Origin: Mobula hypostoma
Lineage: Eukaryota
NCBI RefSeq assembly: GCF_963921235.1
Contig: NC_086097.1
Span: forward strand, 161,946,001-162,010,000
Direction of reading: 5' to 3'
Length of the DNA: 64,000 bases
A program made the position numbers and the translations under genes. The stretch's first letter is position 1. Each line of letters opens with the position of its first letter. This document shows, piece by piece, positions 37,915 to 51,644 of this stretch. The notes beneath the pieces are model-generated. The model worked only from the letters and a program-made list of their open reading frames with translations. It did not search any database and was not told where the DNA came from.

Positions 37915-38419
37915 TATCCTGTTACTGTGCTGTAGTAATTTCATGTTAGTATTTTAAATGAACTTTTTCAAATTAATGTAGATGTTGCTTAAAAAATTTG
38001 CAGTTATGTTGAACATAGTTTAGTAAACTCTTCTGGTGATTGTGATTTACTGGATAACCACAAACCATTTGTTATCAACTGAGAACATGATCAGATCACA
38101 TTGGTGTACGCCCGTCATGTATTGGGTTCTTTTCTTCCACTTTATTATAATACTCTAAAGCATAAACAGTATTTTATAGTTAAATGACTAATTCAGCATG
38201 TAAACTGAGTATATTCTGCTCTGACCAAAATATCACACATTTAAAATTGATTTCCTTGTTTCAAGCTCAGTCACTCAGAGTGATTGATTTTTCTTGTCAC
38301 TGTGTCTGACTTAGTCATAATTTTAAGATAATTCATCAATAAAAGCTATAAGCTTTGTATTCCTGTGAAATTAACACTAATTTGGCGTGGCAATCAGTGA
38401 TAGAGGATGATATTAAAGG

Positions 38420-39990
38420 GTTGTTATTTGAATTGAATGATTTTCCATAGGGATTGGTGCTGGGACCCTTTCTGTTTGTAATATACATGAATCATTAGTA
38501 TGTAGATGCAGGAGTCATGATCAGTGAGATTATTGGTGTTATGAAGATTGGTGTACTTGTTGACATTGAAGGGTAGTCTTGGGCTATGTGGTGATAAGAT
38601 ACGTTGGTGAAATGGGTTGACAAATGGCAGATGGAGTCTGATCATGATAAACCAATGAGGCTAAAATATGCATCATGAGTGATCGGATCCAAGAGAGTAT
38701 TAAGGAATCTGCAATTCCAAGAATCATTGAAGTTGGCTGCACAGGTAACTAACAAGGTTAAAAAGACATACAGGATACTGGCCTTCGTTTCTCAGAACAT
38801 TGAATACAAGAACGGGGATATTATGCTCCAACTTTATAAAATATTGGTCAGATCTCTGCATACAGTTCTGGTCAAATTCTGTTCAAAAAAATATAGAGCT
38901 CTAGAGCAGGGGTTCCCAATCTTTTTTATTCTCTGGACCGATACCATTAAGCAAAGGGTCAGTGAATCCCAGGTTGGGAACCCTTGCTTGAGAGGCAACA
39001 GAAGAGATTTATCAGGATGTTGTCTGAGACAGAGCATTTTAGTTATGAAAGGCTAGGTCTGTTTTCCATGGAGGAGAAAAGATTAAGAGGGGGTATAATT
39101 GAGTTATTTAATATGAGAAGTGTAGATAAATTTGACCACATGAAACTTTTCTGCATATCGAAGGTAGATAAAACTAGAGGACATAAATTTTGGGTGAGGA
39201 GTAAAACATTGAGAGTGTATTTGAAAAGGTCCCTTTTTCACCCAGAGAACATACAAATCTGCAGCACATTACAGGCCCTTCAGCCCACAATGTTGTTCCT
39301 ATCATGGAACCTACTCTAAAAACTGCTTAGAATTACCCTACTGCATAGCCTTCTATTTTTCTAAGTTCTGTTTACCTATCTAAGAGTCTCTTAAAAGACC
39401 CTATAATAGCTGCCTCCACCACTGTCTCCCACAGTGCATTCCACGCACCCACCACTCTGTGTGAAAAACTTACCCTGACAACCCCTTTGTACCTTCTTCC
39501 AAGCACCTTAAAACTATGCCCACTCATGTTAGCCATTTCAGCCCTGGAAAAAAAGGCCTCTGGCTATCCACAACGATCAATGCCTCTCATTATCTTATAC
39601 ACCTCTATCAGGTCACCCTTCATCCTCTGTCGCTCCAAGTAGAAAAGGCCAAGTTCACTCAACCTATTCTCATAAGACTTTCTCTCCAATCCAGGCAATA
39701 TCCTTGCAAATCTCCTCTGCACTCTTTCTATAGTATCCACATCCTTCCTGTAGTGTGGTGACCAGAAATGAACACAGTACTCTAAGTGGAGCTTGACCAA
39801 GGTCTTGTATAGCTGTAACACTTAGTGGCAAGTATCTGGAATGCACAGCCTGAGAGAATGGTGGAAGCAGAAATGTGTTTGGACAAGCACTTGAATCACC
39901 TTTATATTAAAGCTAGAAGAAGGAATTGATAAGTATGGATACCAACTGGTCAACATAAATATAGTAAGCAGAATGGCTTGTTTCCATGCT
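38420..39990 (+). mobile_element. Old CR1 carrying a nested MITE and a nested minus-strand CR1 (about 39250-39821)
   Basis: SLKLAAQV...IMLQLYKILVRS on +; MLQLYKTLVKLHLEYCVHFWSPHYRKD on -. Confidence 0.8.
38907..38986. mobile_element. 80-bp hAT MITE
   Basis: TIRs caggggttcccaa / ttgggaacccttg; degenerate 8-bp TSD ctctagag/cttgagag; interrupts the CR1 reading at LER. Confidence 0.8.
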
Positions 39991-40734
39991 GTAAAACAAT
40001 GAATAATTCAGTATTTGCAGCTCACATTATCAATCCTTTCTCTTTCTGTTGAATATGATCCATTTTCCTTCAGTTGCCACAAATTCATTCTTGCATTTTA
40101 AGCCTCAAAACCGCACATCTATTTTCATCATACTACCATTTGCACGTCATATTTTAACTATTCTGTATCTCTTTGCAGTAAAGCTTTCATTAGCATGAAG
40201 TGGTGATTTTCATTTCTTGTAAATGTAACCCCCAAAATCTTTTGTCAGGTGCCTTAAACTTGGCCTAAACTTCTCATATTGTTGCAGATTTGAACATAAC
40301 TCCCTCAACTTCTCTGCCCATATCCAGTTCTCTCCATCATCCAATCAATGCTGCTGTTATCACTCTGAAAAACTATCACTCTTCTTTTCTCCATTGACTA
40401 GTTAGTGTGGTTTGCTGCCCTTACTATAATTTTATTTTCCTCAGACTACACTGTCATGATGTTGATTAACTATATTTTTTCCATCCTCTACATTTGTTCC
40501 ATTATGAACTAGTTGAGCCTGTCGGTTGCCTATTTTTTCTGAAATCTGGATGTGCAAATGCAAAATGTTTGTTTTTTAAGTAATTATTGTCCTGTGATGA
40601 TGCACACATTCTGCATGTTATAAGAAGTCTAGATACGTGTTTTGAAGTTTCCTCTTGAATAAAGATCATAATTTTCCACCCAACACACATCAAAGTTGCT
40701 GGTGAACGCCCGTCTCCTTCGTGATCCATGATAC

Positions 40735-41690
40735 ATTTGTAAGAAAAAGTTTGTTAACCCTTTGCTATTACCTGGTTTTCTGAATTAATTACTCATAAAA
40801 TATGATCGCATCTTCATCTGAATCACAATTATAAACAAACACAATCTGCCTAAACTAATAACACACAAACAATTGTACTTATCATGTCTTTATTGACACA
40901 TGTTTAATCATTCACAGTCCAGGCTGGAAAAAGTATGTGAACATTTGTATTTACTAATTGCTAGAATCTCCTTTTGCAGCAATATCCTCCACCAAATATT
41001 TTCTGTAATTGCTGATCAGATTTACATAACAGCGAGGAGAAATTTTAGACCATTCCTCCATTCAAAAACTGTTTCAGTTCATCAACATTTCTGGGATACC
41101 TTGCATGAACAGCTCTCTTCAGGTCATACCACAGCATCTCATTTGGGTTAAGATTTGGACTCTGACTTGGCCATTCCAAAACACAATTTTTCTTTGAAAT
41201 ATTGTGGAACATTGGTAGCTCATGTTGGCTGTTTGGAAGTTTGCTTGATTGCCGAGCTTGGCAAAATGTTTGCAGATGTTTCAGCTCCAATCAGGAAACC
41301 ATCATCATTGTGCAGTTGAGGTTGCGCTAAACTGTGCACTGATGATGGCTTCTTGATTGTTTGCAGAAGAACTGTGGCAAGTTCTCCAAGATGCCTTGAA
41401 CAACCTACCAGCTGACTGTGGCATGTTCTCCAAGATGCTTGGAACAACCTACCAACCTACCAGCTGATTTTGTTATAGAACTGCACAAAAGTGCACTTAG
41501 GAGAATTGATGCAGTTTTAAAAGCCAAGAGTGGTCACACCAAATATCAATTTGATTTCATTTTTTACAGTTTCTGTTCTTTATAGTAATTTTTTTGATAT
41601 TTAGAAACTTTAATTCATTGTTTTTGAAAGCATCTTTGCTTTACAGATTTTTTTTACACGTGCCTAATCCTTTTGCATGGTATTGTATGT
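40735..41690. mobile_element. Composite of two Tc1 3'-end remnants (minus 40735-41200, plus about 41365-41690)
   Basis: Minus strand VLEWPSQSPNLNPNEMLWYDLKRAVHAR; plus strand LWHVLQDAWNNLP...RRIDAVLKAKSGHTKY. Confidence 0.75.
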
Positions 41691-44369
41691 ACCTTGAGCA
41701 AACATATAAATTACTGAAATTTCTACTAAATATTTTGAAATATAATGAAAACTTTTATTTGAGTTGTGGCAGAGAAAATGTATTCATTTTAATTATGGGA
41801 CTGGATATCCTTGAATTTGTGAAGCACAACAGAGTATAGTGTTTGTCCCTCAAAGAAGTTTCTTATTTAAGCTTCTCTGGACGAACTCCCAGAGACGGCA
41901 GCCAGGCATCTCTACTGAATAATAAAACCAAACATTGGTGGAGGTTGAGTAAATTGGGTGGATCCTGGCAAGCCAAAGTAAAAGTAAAATACAAAATGCT
42001 AAAATATTTATGGATGCAGCTTTACAACAATAACCAGCAAATAAAGCAATATAGCACAGAATGTTTAGGATAACAGTGGTTTCATAAACTCGATTTTTAA
42101 AATTATGTTACTGTTCCATTTCACCAAATTTAAATTGCCTTCTCTTCAGTGTGGGAGTGTAAGAAAGGTTCCATATAGTACAAATAGATTAGAATATTTA
42201 ATTACGCAAACAACAATATATTTTGCACTTGTGTTAACATGGAGTAAATGGAGTAAAAGCTTCTTTAGTCATTAAATTCCATTCCTTTTAAAACAGCTAA
42301 TAAAAAAAAGTGCTGAAGTTATCTCAAGATTAGCCTTTGGATAGCATTAGAGAGATGTGTTGCATTTTTCAGTATCTTGAGATTTTTTTCTTCTTTGATC
42401 GCCATCAGTTTTTACTTTTTGTTGATTTTTTACAATCATTTTGATCTCCAGTTGTCTTGCACAACTGTAACTTTAGGGTTGTGATGGATGCACAAAACTT
42501 GGCAGTATTGTATTACTGCCAAGGCTGCACCTTTCCACCTTCCCAGTATTGCCAAAATGCAACAAATCTCTCTATTTTCAACATGAAAATTCCTGTTGGA
42601 ATTCAACATGCAAATTCCAAATGTTATGAAAGCTAAATCTTTACCTCTGACCATGCCACTTGTCCTTTGCCAGCATCAAGTGAGCTGACTGAAAAATTCT
42701 GGAATACAACTAAGAGACATGTAATCATATAGTTTATTATGCATCCCTGTTTGTCGTATCCTTGCATAACAAACAAATTTTGCTGTGAAGTTGGATTCTG
42801 TATTGCATTTGCATGTAGTAAGACCTAATAAACAGCAGAGTGAAAATATCCAGATAATCATTTCATAATGTAGAATCTTGAGCAAGATATTATTGGATGT
42901 ATGGTAGCAATAATAATGAATTGGCAAAATAGTTCTATGGGATTTCTTCCATCTGATTTATGAGACAGCATCTCCAACCTTGCAAAACTCCACTGAAGTG
43001 TAAGATTAAATTTTGTCCTCGGATTTATAGTAGGAATTAAATTCAGTCATTTCCTTCTTAAGAGGTTATACAGTTTTAATGGTTTTGTTCTCCATGGCTT
43101 TACCACTCCATGACTTGAATTTCCTGTGGCTGATAACCCTCTCTTTTTTTAAAAATAATAATACAGAAGGAAGCTATTTGTCCCATCCAGCTTGTCCCTA
43201 CTCATTTTTTTAAAAAACTGAGCCTTGCATTTTGCCTTCAACTCAGTAAGTGCCATGTCTGACAGATGCATGGCCAATTTCCTTTTTAAAAGTGATTTTG
43301 GGAATGATCTTCCATCATCTTTTCATATGAAATCTTCCAGAACCTAACAATTGAGTGAAGTATTAACTTCCAGTAGATTTTTTTGCTCATTAACTTAAAT
43401 CCAGGTTCTGTAATTATTGACTCATTTGCTAAGTGTGTACAGTTCTTTCCTCCTCCATCAGAACAGTTGAGACCTTTTGAGCCACTGGCAATCATTCTTG
43501 GTTGCATAGTGCACAATCCCAATATTTTTAACCCTATTTCATAACTGAAATCCCTTAACCTTGTTAACATCCTTGTATATACACTTGAGTGTCCTTTTTA
43601 ATTCTTTGTTAGAGTGCTTTGGTGTCCAGAGTCACCCATGTTACTCAATAGGGTCCTATCCAGTGACTTACAAATTTGAAACACTATCTTTCTGCTTTTA
43701 TCTTCCATGACTTTACACGTTTACGTTAGTATATTTAAGTAACCCACATTTTCTGTAATTATCTTATCATTACCTTATCCCTTTGGACACAAATAACATT
43801 CTGTTCATCACATTATTCAAAATTTTGTTATTTATAAAATGCATTCTTTCCAAAATGCTATTTCCAAAGTGCAGGACTTAACACTTTTCTATAACGAACC
43901 CCATCCGTCATACTTATCATGCTTCTGACCATTTTATCATAATGTCCATGTCATCCTGAAGTCTATAAACTATCCTTATCACTGTTTATTATGTTGCCAT
44001 GTTTCCTATTGTGAACACAATTATTACTGTTCCCTGCACCCAAGTTTAGGTTAGTGATTAAAAAAAAGTGAAAACAAAAGGATCCCAAACTGACTGTTGG
44101 GTAACGTGATACAAGCAACCTTCTAGCATCTAGCATCATCTGCTTCTTTCTGTAACTGAGCCACTTCACACTAACAGATGGTTTTCTATCTCAGATGTTT
44201 TAAGAGGCTACCTAAATGTGTTATAAATGCTTTATTACTTCATGGAACTGATGAGATCCATTTCCATTGTCAGTCATACTGTGAATGATATCTGCAGTTC
44301 CATACAATGCACACAAAGGAAGATGTGTTCTTAAGTACAAAAAGGCATGCCAACATAAAGCTTTGTCAG

Positions 44370-44935
44370 TCACCTCTGCTCCATCCGCCGAAAGTGGAAT
44401 TTCCCAGTGGCCAACCATTTTAAACTTATCTATATTCCCATAATGATGTTGGTCCCTAGGCCCCTCGTCTGCCGCAATGAAGTCAATATCTGGGTGGAGG
44501 AGCAATATCTTGTATTCTGTCTAGGTAGGCTCCAACCTCGACTTTTCTTCTGGTAATTTTTTTCCCCCTTTCTTTTACTTTTCCTTCTATTTCACACTCT
44601 GGCATTTTACCTCTTCTTCTCATCTACCTATCACCGCCTTCTTCCCCTTCTCCCATGGTCTGCGCTCTCCTCCTATCAGATTCCGTTTTCTCCAGCTCTT
44701 TGCCTCTCTCCCCCCCCCCCACCAAACCTGGCTTCATCTATGCCTTCGAGCTTGTGCTCCTTCCCTTCCCCCCACGGTTTTATTCTGGCATCTTGCCCTT
44801 TCCTTTCCAGTCCTGTTGAAGGGTCTCAGCCCAAAACATTGATTGTTTATCCATTTTCAGCCTGACCTCTTGAGTACCTCCAGAATTTTGTGTGTTGATC
44901 TGGATTTCCAGCATCTGGAGAACCCCTTGTGTTTA
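44370..44935 (+). mobile_element. Penelope-like 3' fragment with decayed hammerhead (44809-44844)
   Basis: ttcccagtggccaaccattttaa (PVANHF), ggaggagcaatatcttgtattctgtctaggtagg; ccagtcctgttgaagggtctcagcccaaaacattgatt. Confidence 0.8.
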
Positions 44936-45494
44936 AAATTTAATATATGCATGTAAGCACTGTTGCAGTTAATGTCATATTAAAATACATGGCTTTGTTC
45001 TTACTTTCTTTATGAAAAAAAAAACAAATTGCTGGAAATGCTCAATAAATCAGGCATGAAGATTTCTGGTTGATAAGTATCTGTTTTTATATTTTGTTCA
45101 TCAAAAAATTACATTTTAAACAAATCATTGTAGACTCTGTCTATATCTCCAAATTTCTTAATCAGCTTGATGCCTGTGGTATCAATACCTTTTGGTTTCA
45201 CTGTTCAAAATAATATATAGAAGGCTTTACACTAAAAGGTAGATCAAAAACATTTGTGACTGTATCATAACAGTTTCTTCCTAAGATCTGACTGTATGAC
45301 CATGAATTTTGTGTGTGTTGCTCTGGATTTCCAACATCTGTGGAATCTCGTGCTTTAGACTGTATGATGTATTTCAGCTAGACTGGTTTATGAAAAAATA
45401 ACAACCTTTTAGCATGTGGTTTTGTGATTTTTGGTCATTGAGTAGGGACTTTAGAACTGTACTAAAAATTATGTAAACATTTTATTTTTAACAG

Positions 45495-45549
45495 AAAGGA
45501 TGTGGGTTTGAAGAGATTTTTTCCCAAGAGCCTATTGGATTCAGTAAAG
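45495..45549 (+). CDS. PTK2: PTK2/FAK coding exon, 55 bp
   Basis: tttttaacag|A AAG GAT...GTA AAG|gtaagg; KDVGLKRFFPKSLLDSVK, which is the FAK-type rather than PYK2-type sequence. Confidence 0.97.
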
Positions 45550-45890
45550 GTAAGGAGATTTTGGTTAAAACTATAGTGCATTTTCTTTCTTACTCATTGT
45601 CCAGTGCATTTTCCTTTCTTGTACATTGTTATCCATTGTTGCTTTTACTTGTGCACAATGCTTATGCTAAAAAAGGAAATGAAAGTTCACAAAATAATTG
45701 AACTATTTAGATGAAAATATGAAAGTATCAGTTATTTATTTTTAGGTGAACAAGTTGCAGATAATTTTGGATGGTGTTTTGAGAAATAGCTGTACAGTAG
45801 TAAGTGATTCAAGCATAATCTGCATTTCGATAAGGTCATTAGCAGTCTTCAACCTCATATCTACCGTCTGGCATAAACCCCATAAATATA

Positions 45891-48263
45891 CAGGTCCACA
45901 ATCCCTTATCCGAAATTCTTGCGGCCAGTCGCATTTCGGAATTCAGAATTTTTCGGATTTCAGAAAATTGATAATTATATTGAGAATTAACCTGTCTCAT
46001 TGCAGGTGGACTTTAGGACCTGAGGGAGCTCCAGACCTACGCACATCCTCCTGTATAATTTAAATCATCTCTAGATTACTTATACCTAATACAATGTAAA
46101 TGCTATGTAAATAGTTGTTATACTGTATTGTTTAGGGATTAATGACAAGAAAAAAGTCTGTACATGTTCAAACAACGAGTACTGGAGAGAGAACTTCCGG
46201 GTTTTCTTGATCCATGCTCTTTTAAAAATACTATTACAGTTTATTTATAGAGTAATATACTGATAAATGAAATAGTAGGATAATTATAGACCATAAATAC
46301 AGTAGTACATTTTATTTCCAACAAAAACATTCAATAAAACATAATATACAGCTTCAAACGAACCGAATCAAACACATGGTAAATGACTTATTGGAATATA
46401 TGTAGAACGTAAATACTCTCGGACATATACAGGTTCAAACTGAGCTAAATACATACAGGTACCTCTAGTTAAGTTGCATTACGTCTGGCAAACAATGCTA
46501 AATACTCTACAGGTGCCTGATGGGCCAGGAACAGGATTCTCAAGTTATGAAGCAGCACTATGACAGATGGCATTTTTAAAGACTTCTTCAAGTGTCATCT
46601 GTCTCATTAACATAGGTTTATGTCTAAGCAATCTCTCTTTAACTGAGTAAACTGCCATAATCTCTTGCTCACTGATAAATGCACGTTGTTCAAGGCCAGC
46701 AATTAACTGATCACACATTTTCACCATATCGTCTATGGGGATTTTTTCACCTGTGTTTACTATGTCATCATCATCAATACTATCTTCATGCTTATTTAAC
46801 ACCATTTCAGCAATTTCCCCATCACTCAAGGAATGCACAACAGGTGCATCATTGTTAATGTTCAGCATTTCTTCAATGTCAGCTTCCTCTAACATTTACA
46901 CTTTCGCTGGATAACATTTTAGCGTAAGTTATGAGGTTTGATATCATCATCTTCTCATTAGTGACACGAAATCCTACTAAAGTCTTGACCTGCAGGTTCA
47001 TTTACATCAAACATCATTGTAGACCAAAGTCTGTGCCAAGCGTTTGTTATTGTTAATTTATCAACATCATTATAAGCATTAGCAACTGCGTAAATGGCAT
47101 CCTTAACATTGAACTCTTTCAGGAAGTCTTGGATTCCTACTCCTCTGTTGACTGCAGAAAGTATACAATTCAAAAAATAGTCTTTATACTTGCTCTTCAT
47201 GAAGCGTAAAACTCCTTGGTCACAAGACTGTAATATAGATGTCACATGGAGGCGGGGGGGGCAAGTAAATTGCGAAAACATTACTTTTCACAAGAAGTTC
47301 AGCAGGGGGATGTGCAGAGCAGTTGTACAGGAACAATAAAACTTTACAGTTTTCTTCCAGTCCAGCTTGCCTGCAATGAGCTCGTACTGCTGGTACAAAG
47401 TGGTATTGAACCAGTCAGAAAGTATTTCTCGGGTTACCCATGCTTTCTTGTTTGCATAATAATGCACAGGTAAATTGCGTACGCCTTTCAGACATCTCGG
47501 ATGTTGGCTTTTTCCAATCAATGCCAACTTCACCTTGTGTGTGCCTGCTGCATTGGCACACTCAAGAATAGTTAACCTGTCCTTAGCATCTTTAAAACTT
47601 GTTGGTGCTCTCTCATCAGCCGTTGTTAATGTTTTTCTAGGAACATAGCACCAGTACAAAGCTGTTTCATCAGCATTGTAAATCTGTTCAGGGCTAAGGT
47701 TTTCATCAGATATTATCTTGACAAATTCGTCAATGTAATTTTCAGCTGCTTCATGATCAGCAGAAGCTTTTTCACCACAGATTTGCAAATATTTTACTCC
47801 ATGACGCTTCTTAGATTTCTGCAGCCATCTCTCTGAATATTGACATTCACCTTCAATGTTCAGTTCTTCATGGTATATTCTAGTTTGTTTCATGATTAAC
47901 ATGCCATTCAGTGGCATACGTTCACTTCGTTGTCTAATCCACTCAATCAACACACGGTCTCATTGTTATCCGTAGGGGTATCTACAGCTCTTTTTGACGT
48001 TTTCGCAGTGAAATTAAACACAAAGTCAACAGTGAACACAAAATATCAGTGAACAGCAAATACACGTGTAACCAGCACGATCGCTGTGAGCCACAATTGA
48101 CGTCTAGTGGCCTCTGCTAGTGCTGCCACATCACACCTGAGTGATGTCAGCTGTTGGCGTGCCAAACAAGTCTTGTTGCAACACGCTCCACACTCCACGA
48201 AAAAAACTTTGGTTTTTGGAACTTTTCGGATTTCAGAATTTTGGATAAGGGATTGTGGACCTG
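45891..48263 (-). mobile_element. Tigger/Jerky-like (pogo) DNA transposon with pseudogenised transposase
   Basis: 29-bp TIRs caggtccacaatcccttatcc(g/a)aaattct with TA on both sides; CENP-B HTH and DDE_1 pieces (YNADETALYW, KDRLTILECANAAGTHK, KKAWVT, TSILQSCDQGV) in ORFs 47288-47953, 46958-47281, 46545-46895. Confidence 0.94.
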
Positions 48264-50463
48264 TAGATTCTTTTTAGCCTCGGTCGCATTCGTTATCTGA
48301 CTGACTATAGCTCTGTGATTAATGAAGGGATTCACACCCTTTGCATAAAGAGCTCAACATGACTTAATTCTAAATTGCTGTTGTCTTCTTTCAAGATGCC
48401 TAGTTGAAATCTTGCATCAGGACTTATGATGCAGTATTTCAACTTGAAACATGGAAAATCCCTTTTTCTCATGGATCCTGTGCAATCCCCTGAGATTCTC
48501 CTGCAGATTGCTGGTTGCTAAGGAAGTACGACAAAACAGTACAGGTTACTTGCATCTAATACCACTGCTCAAGGCCTTACATAATTGCAGTAAGACAGGT
48601 GTTTCCTGTTGAGCTCTAATTCTTTCAAATCAACAAGATGTGCTTTCCTTCTGGTTTGCAACACTTGTTAATTTTACAATTTTTGTGTACTGAGACATCA
48701 GAATTCATATTAAACGTGTGCTTTTCCAGTCTCTCACCATTGAAGAATCTCTATTTTCTTTTTAGAGTGGAAAATTTATATTTCTTTCCGATATATTTAA
48801 TTAGTTATATTTTTGTCCAGTCAGTTGTTTCTGTCATTTCACAGTTTTGTGTCCTCTTCACCATCTAATTTCTTTTCTTGCTTTGTATAGTCAGCAAATT
48901 TAGCTCTATTTCATTTTATTTCCTTATCTGACAGAATTTACTGCCAGTAAACTTAAAAATGACTGATTTACGACAACTATCGTCAATTCCAGTACCATTC
49001 CTTTATCTATATAAATACCAGTAACCACAATCCCTGAGCTCTAATTTTATTCAGTCAACCTCTTGTGTTGCACTTTATCAAAAATTTTGACGAGCTTGAT
49101 TCCACCTTAGCTATCTCACTGGTTACAATAACTGCCAATTATCCTGTTTAATTATTGAACACATTGAATGCTCTATTTCTATATTAGAACTGTTTCATGG
49201 TGTACATCACCATCAATGTTTTGGTTTGAAATAATTCCTAGTTTAGAATTTCCCATCCTTGCAGCAATGTTGTTTACTAGGTTGGTTCTTCAGAATGTTG
49301 CAAGCACACCAGTGAGTTATGGTCATTCATGTCATTGATGAATGCATTTTGCTTAAGTCATTTCACTGGGCATTACTGGGGAGAGATAGTAAACCTTGGT
49401 GCAGGGCAAAAGCATGTATAATTATTGTGTTGTCCAGCATGGGAAATGGAGAAAACAATTTGTTTAGGGATTGATCTGAACCTGTTTTATCCAGCTTGGT
49501 AATGTCCATTCCAGTATCCAGTGTGTCTACTACCAAAATTCCATATATCAAAATTCTGCAAACATAAAGCATGATGGTTGAAAGGTGGGGGAAGCTGCAG
49601 CTAAACATCTGTGTATGGTGAGAATCAACTATCCAGGAGTGGTTGCATTGAATCGCTCTCTGCCTCCAGCTGTTGGCTTGGGGCAGCATCGGGCTTGGTG
49701 CCACAACACCAGAATTGGAGGAAACCTTTTAGTATTTGCTGCTCTATCTGGATTTGGAGGAACTCATCTGATTTTGATATGTATCACACTGATACTCGCC
49801 CCTGCTTATCTCTGTCTAGGTACTTCACCCACATCCTGAATGGGTGGTCCAATTTGCAATGGGGTTTGCAGCAAGCTGGGTTACACACCTCTTCCTTTGC
49901 TCCTTATTCCTGTCTCCCTGAAGTACTGTATCTTTTTCAATATCTCATTTCTGTCTTTCTGTGCCAGCCAGTTATCAAAGGCGTCCAGTTTTTGGCAAAA
50001 GTAATAACATTTTTGCAGGGTAGGGATGTAGCTTCCTTTTCAGATTTCCAGTTACTTTTCATGATCTCATTGCCTTCCAATCCCTCTTATCTGTTGATTT
50101 TGCTGCTTTTATGCTAATACTTATTCACCATGTTAAAATATGATCCTGAAAAGTAGTATTTGAAAAGATTTTGTGATTATATGTTTCTCAAATTGTAATA
50201 ACATTTGTGGCATATTACAATTTTCTCTTGAATGAGATTGTTACTGAAAGCCTCAATTAATAAAACCAGTAATTCATTGTGATTAATTTTTACAAAAATA
50301 TAAAAAGATGATTAAAGCTGTAGGTCACATTATGAGCCAGAATACCAGAGCTTATTAATAACAATATTGAAAGCAAAGTACTCTTAATAATCAGCTGTTT
50401 TTCAATTGGATGCATTATCCCAAGAATTTCCTCATAAATTTGATTAATTCATATTGCTTATAG

Positions 50464-50604
50464 GCAAAAACACTGAGGAAGTTGATACAGCAATCTTTTC
50501 GTCAGTTTGCCAATTTGAATGAAGAGCAAAGTGTTCTGAAGTTCTTTGAGATTCTGTCTCCAGTTTACAGATTTGACAAGGAGTGCTTCAAATGTGCTCT
50601 TGGG
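50464..50604 (+). CDS. PTK2: PTK2/FAK coding exon (FERM F2, KAKTLRK basic patch), 141 bp
   Basis: ttgcttatag|GCA AAA...CTT GGG|gtaagc; [47 protein letters not shown]. Confidence 0.97.
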
Positions 50605-51644
50605 GTAAGCATTTGTATTGGTATCTTGGTAATTTACTGAAAAACATGGTGCTCGTAAGGTTATTTAACACTCTATGGGTTAAAATTCTGAAGATAGCAG
50701 TAGATTGATTTGGTAGTAATTTGGTAACAGCCTTATCCTGATTTAATCCTAGTCTAATCATGGGACAATTTACAGTGACCAATAAACCTACTATAATTCA
50801 ACAGTTAATTATATATTCACATTTGTGTTTTTATTTAACTTCATGTGTATATTGGTTGTTTTATTGCTTTTAAACAGTATTCTGAACAATTTCCCCAAAA
50901 TAAAATGTGTTCTGATGGAAGAAATTGTTCAATGTTTGTGGTTTGTCCATTCTAGGAATTGCTGAGTATTTTTAATCAATGTATACTTGTAAATACTTAA
51001 GCAGAACTTAAGCAAATCCGTAATTTATGGATCAGCAATCTTGTAGAAAATATTACTATCACATGTCAAGTTTATTTACCAAACAGTCTCCATCAGACTA
51101 TTGGAGAGCCTTAAAATAATTTTATTTTATTCTAATTATTTGTATTTAAACTGATTCAATTTTCAAATATACTACACAAATCATTGTCTGTGATTTTAAT
51201 TTTCTCTATATTTATGCACCACTCTAAACACCTTATCTCATAATATTATACAAAAATCTAATAAGTAATGTCACAACCTCAATGAGGAACTTAAACATCA
51301 CATTGTAATAAGTTTTCTCTTTCCATTCTATTTACTGCGACTTGTAATGTTATAGATGAGTAAAAAATTTCATCATGAAGAAAAATATATTTACCCTGGA
51401 AAGAACAGCATCAGAGTTCTGCTAATAGTTATTCAATAACATTTTAAAACTCTTTTATTAGTTAGCCAACACTCTGTGGAGAGACTCCTTCCAAAGGAGC
51501 ACTTTTAAGTAATGTTAAAATGAGTAAAAAACTTTATTGGAGCCATTAAACATACAGCATTATCACCCTAAATTGCTTTAATTTTTTTCACCCTTTAGAT
51601 TGGAAAATGCCTTTTGAAAATTGAAAAATGTAATTTTATGCACC

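Noticed and set aside
46545..47953. Domesticated TIGD/JRK-like host gene
   Set aside because: Frameshifted into three pieces, N-terminus missing, and enclosed by intact TIRs with TA duplications
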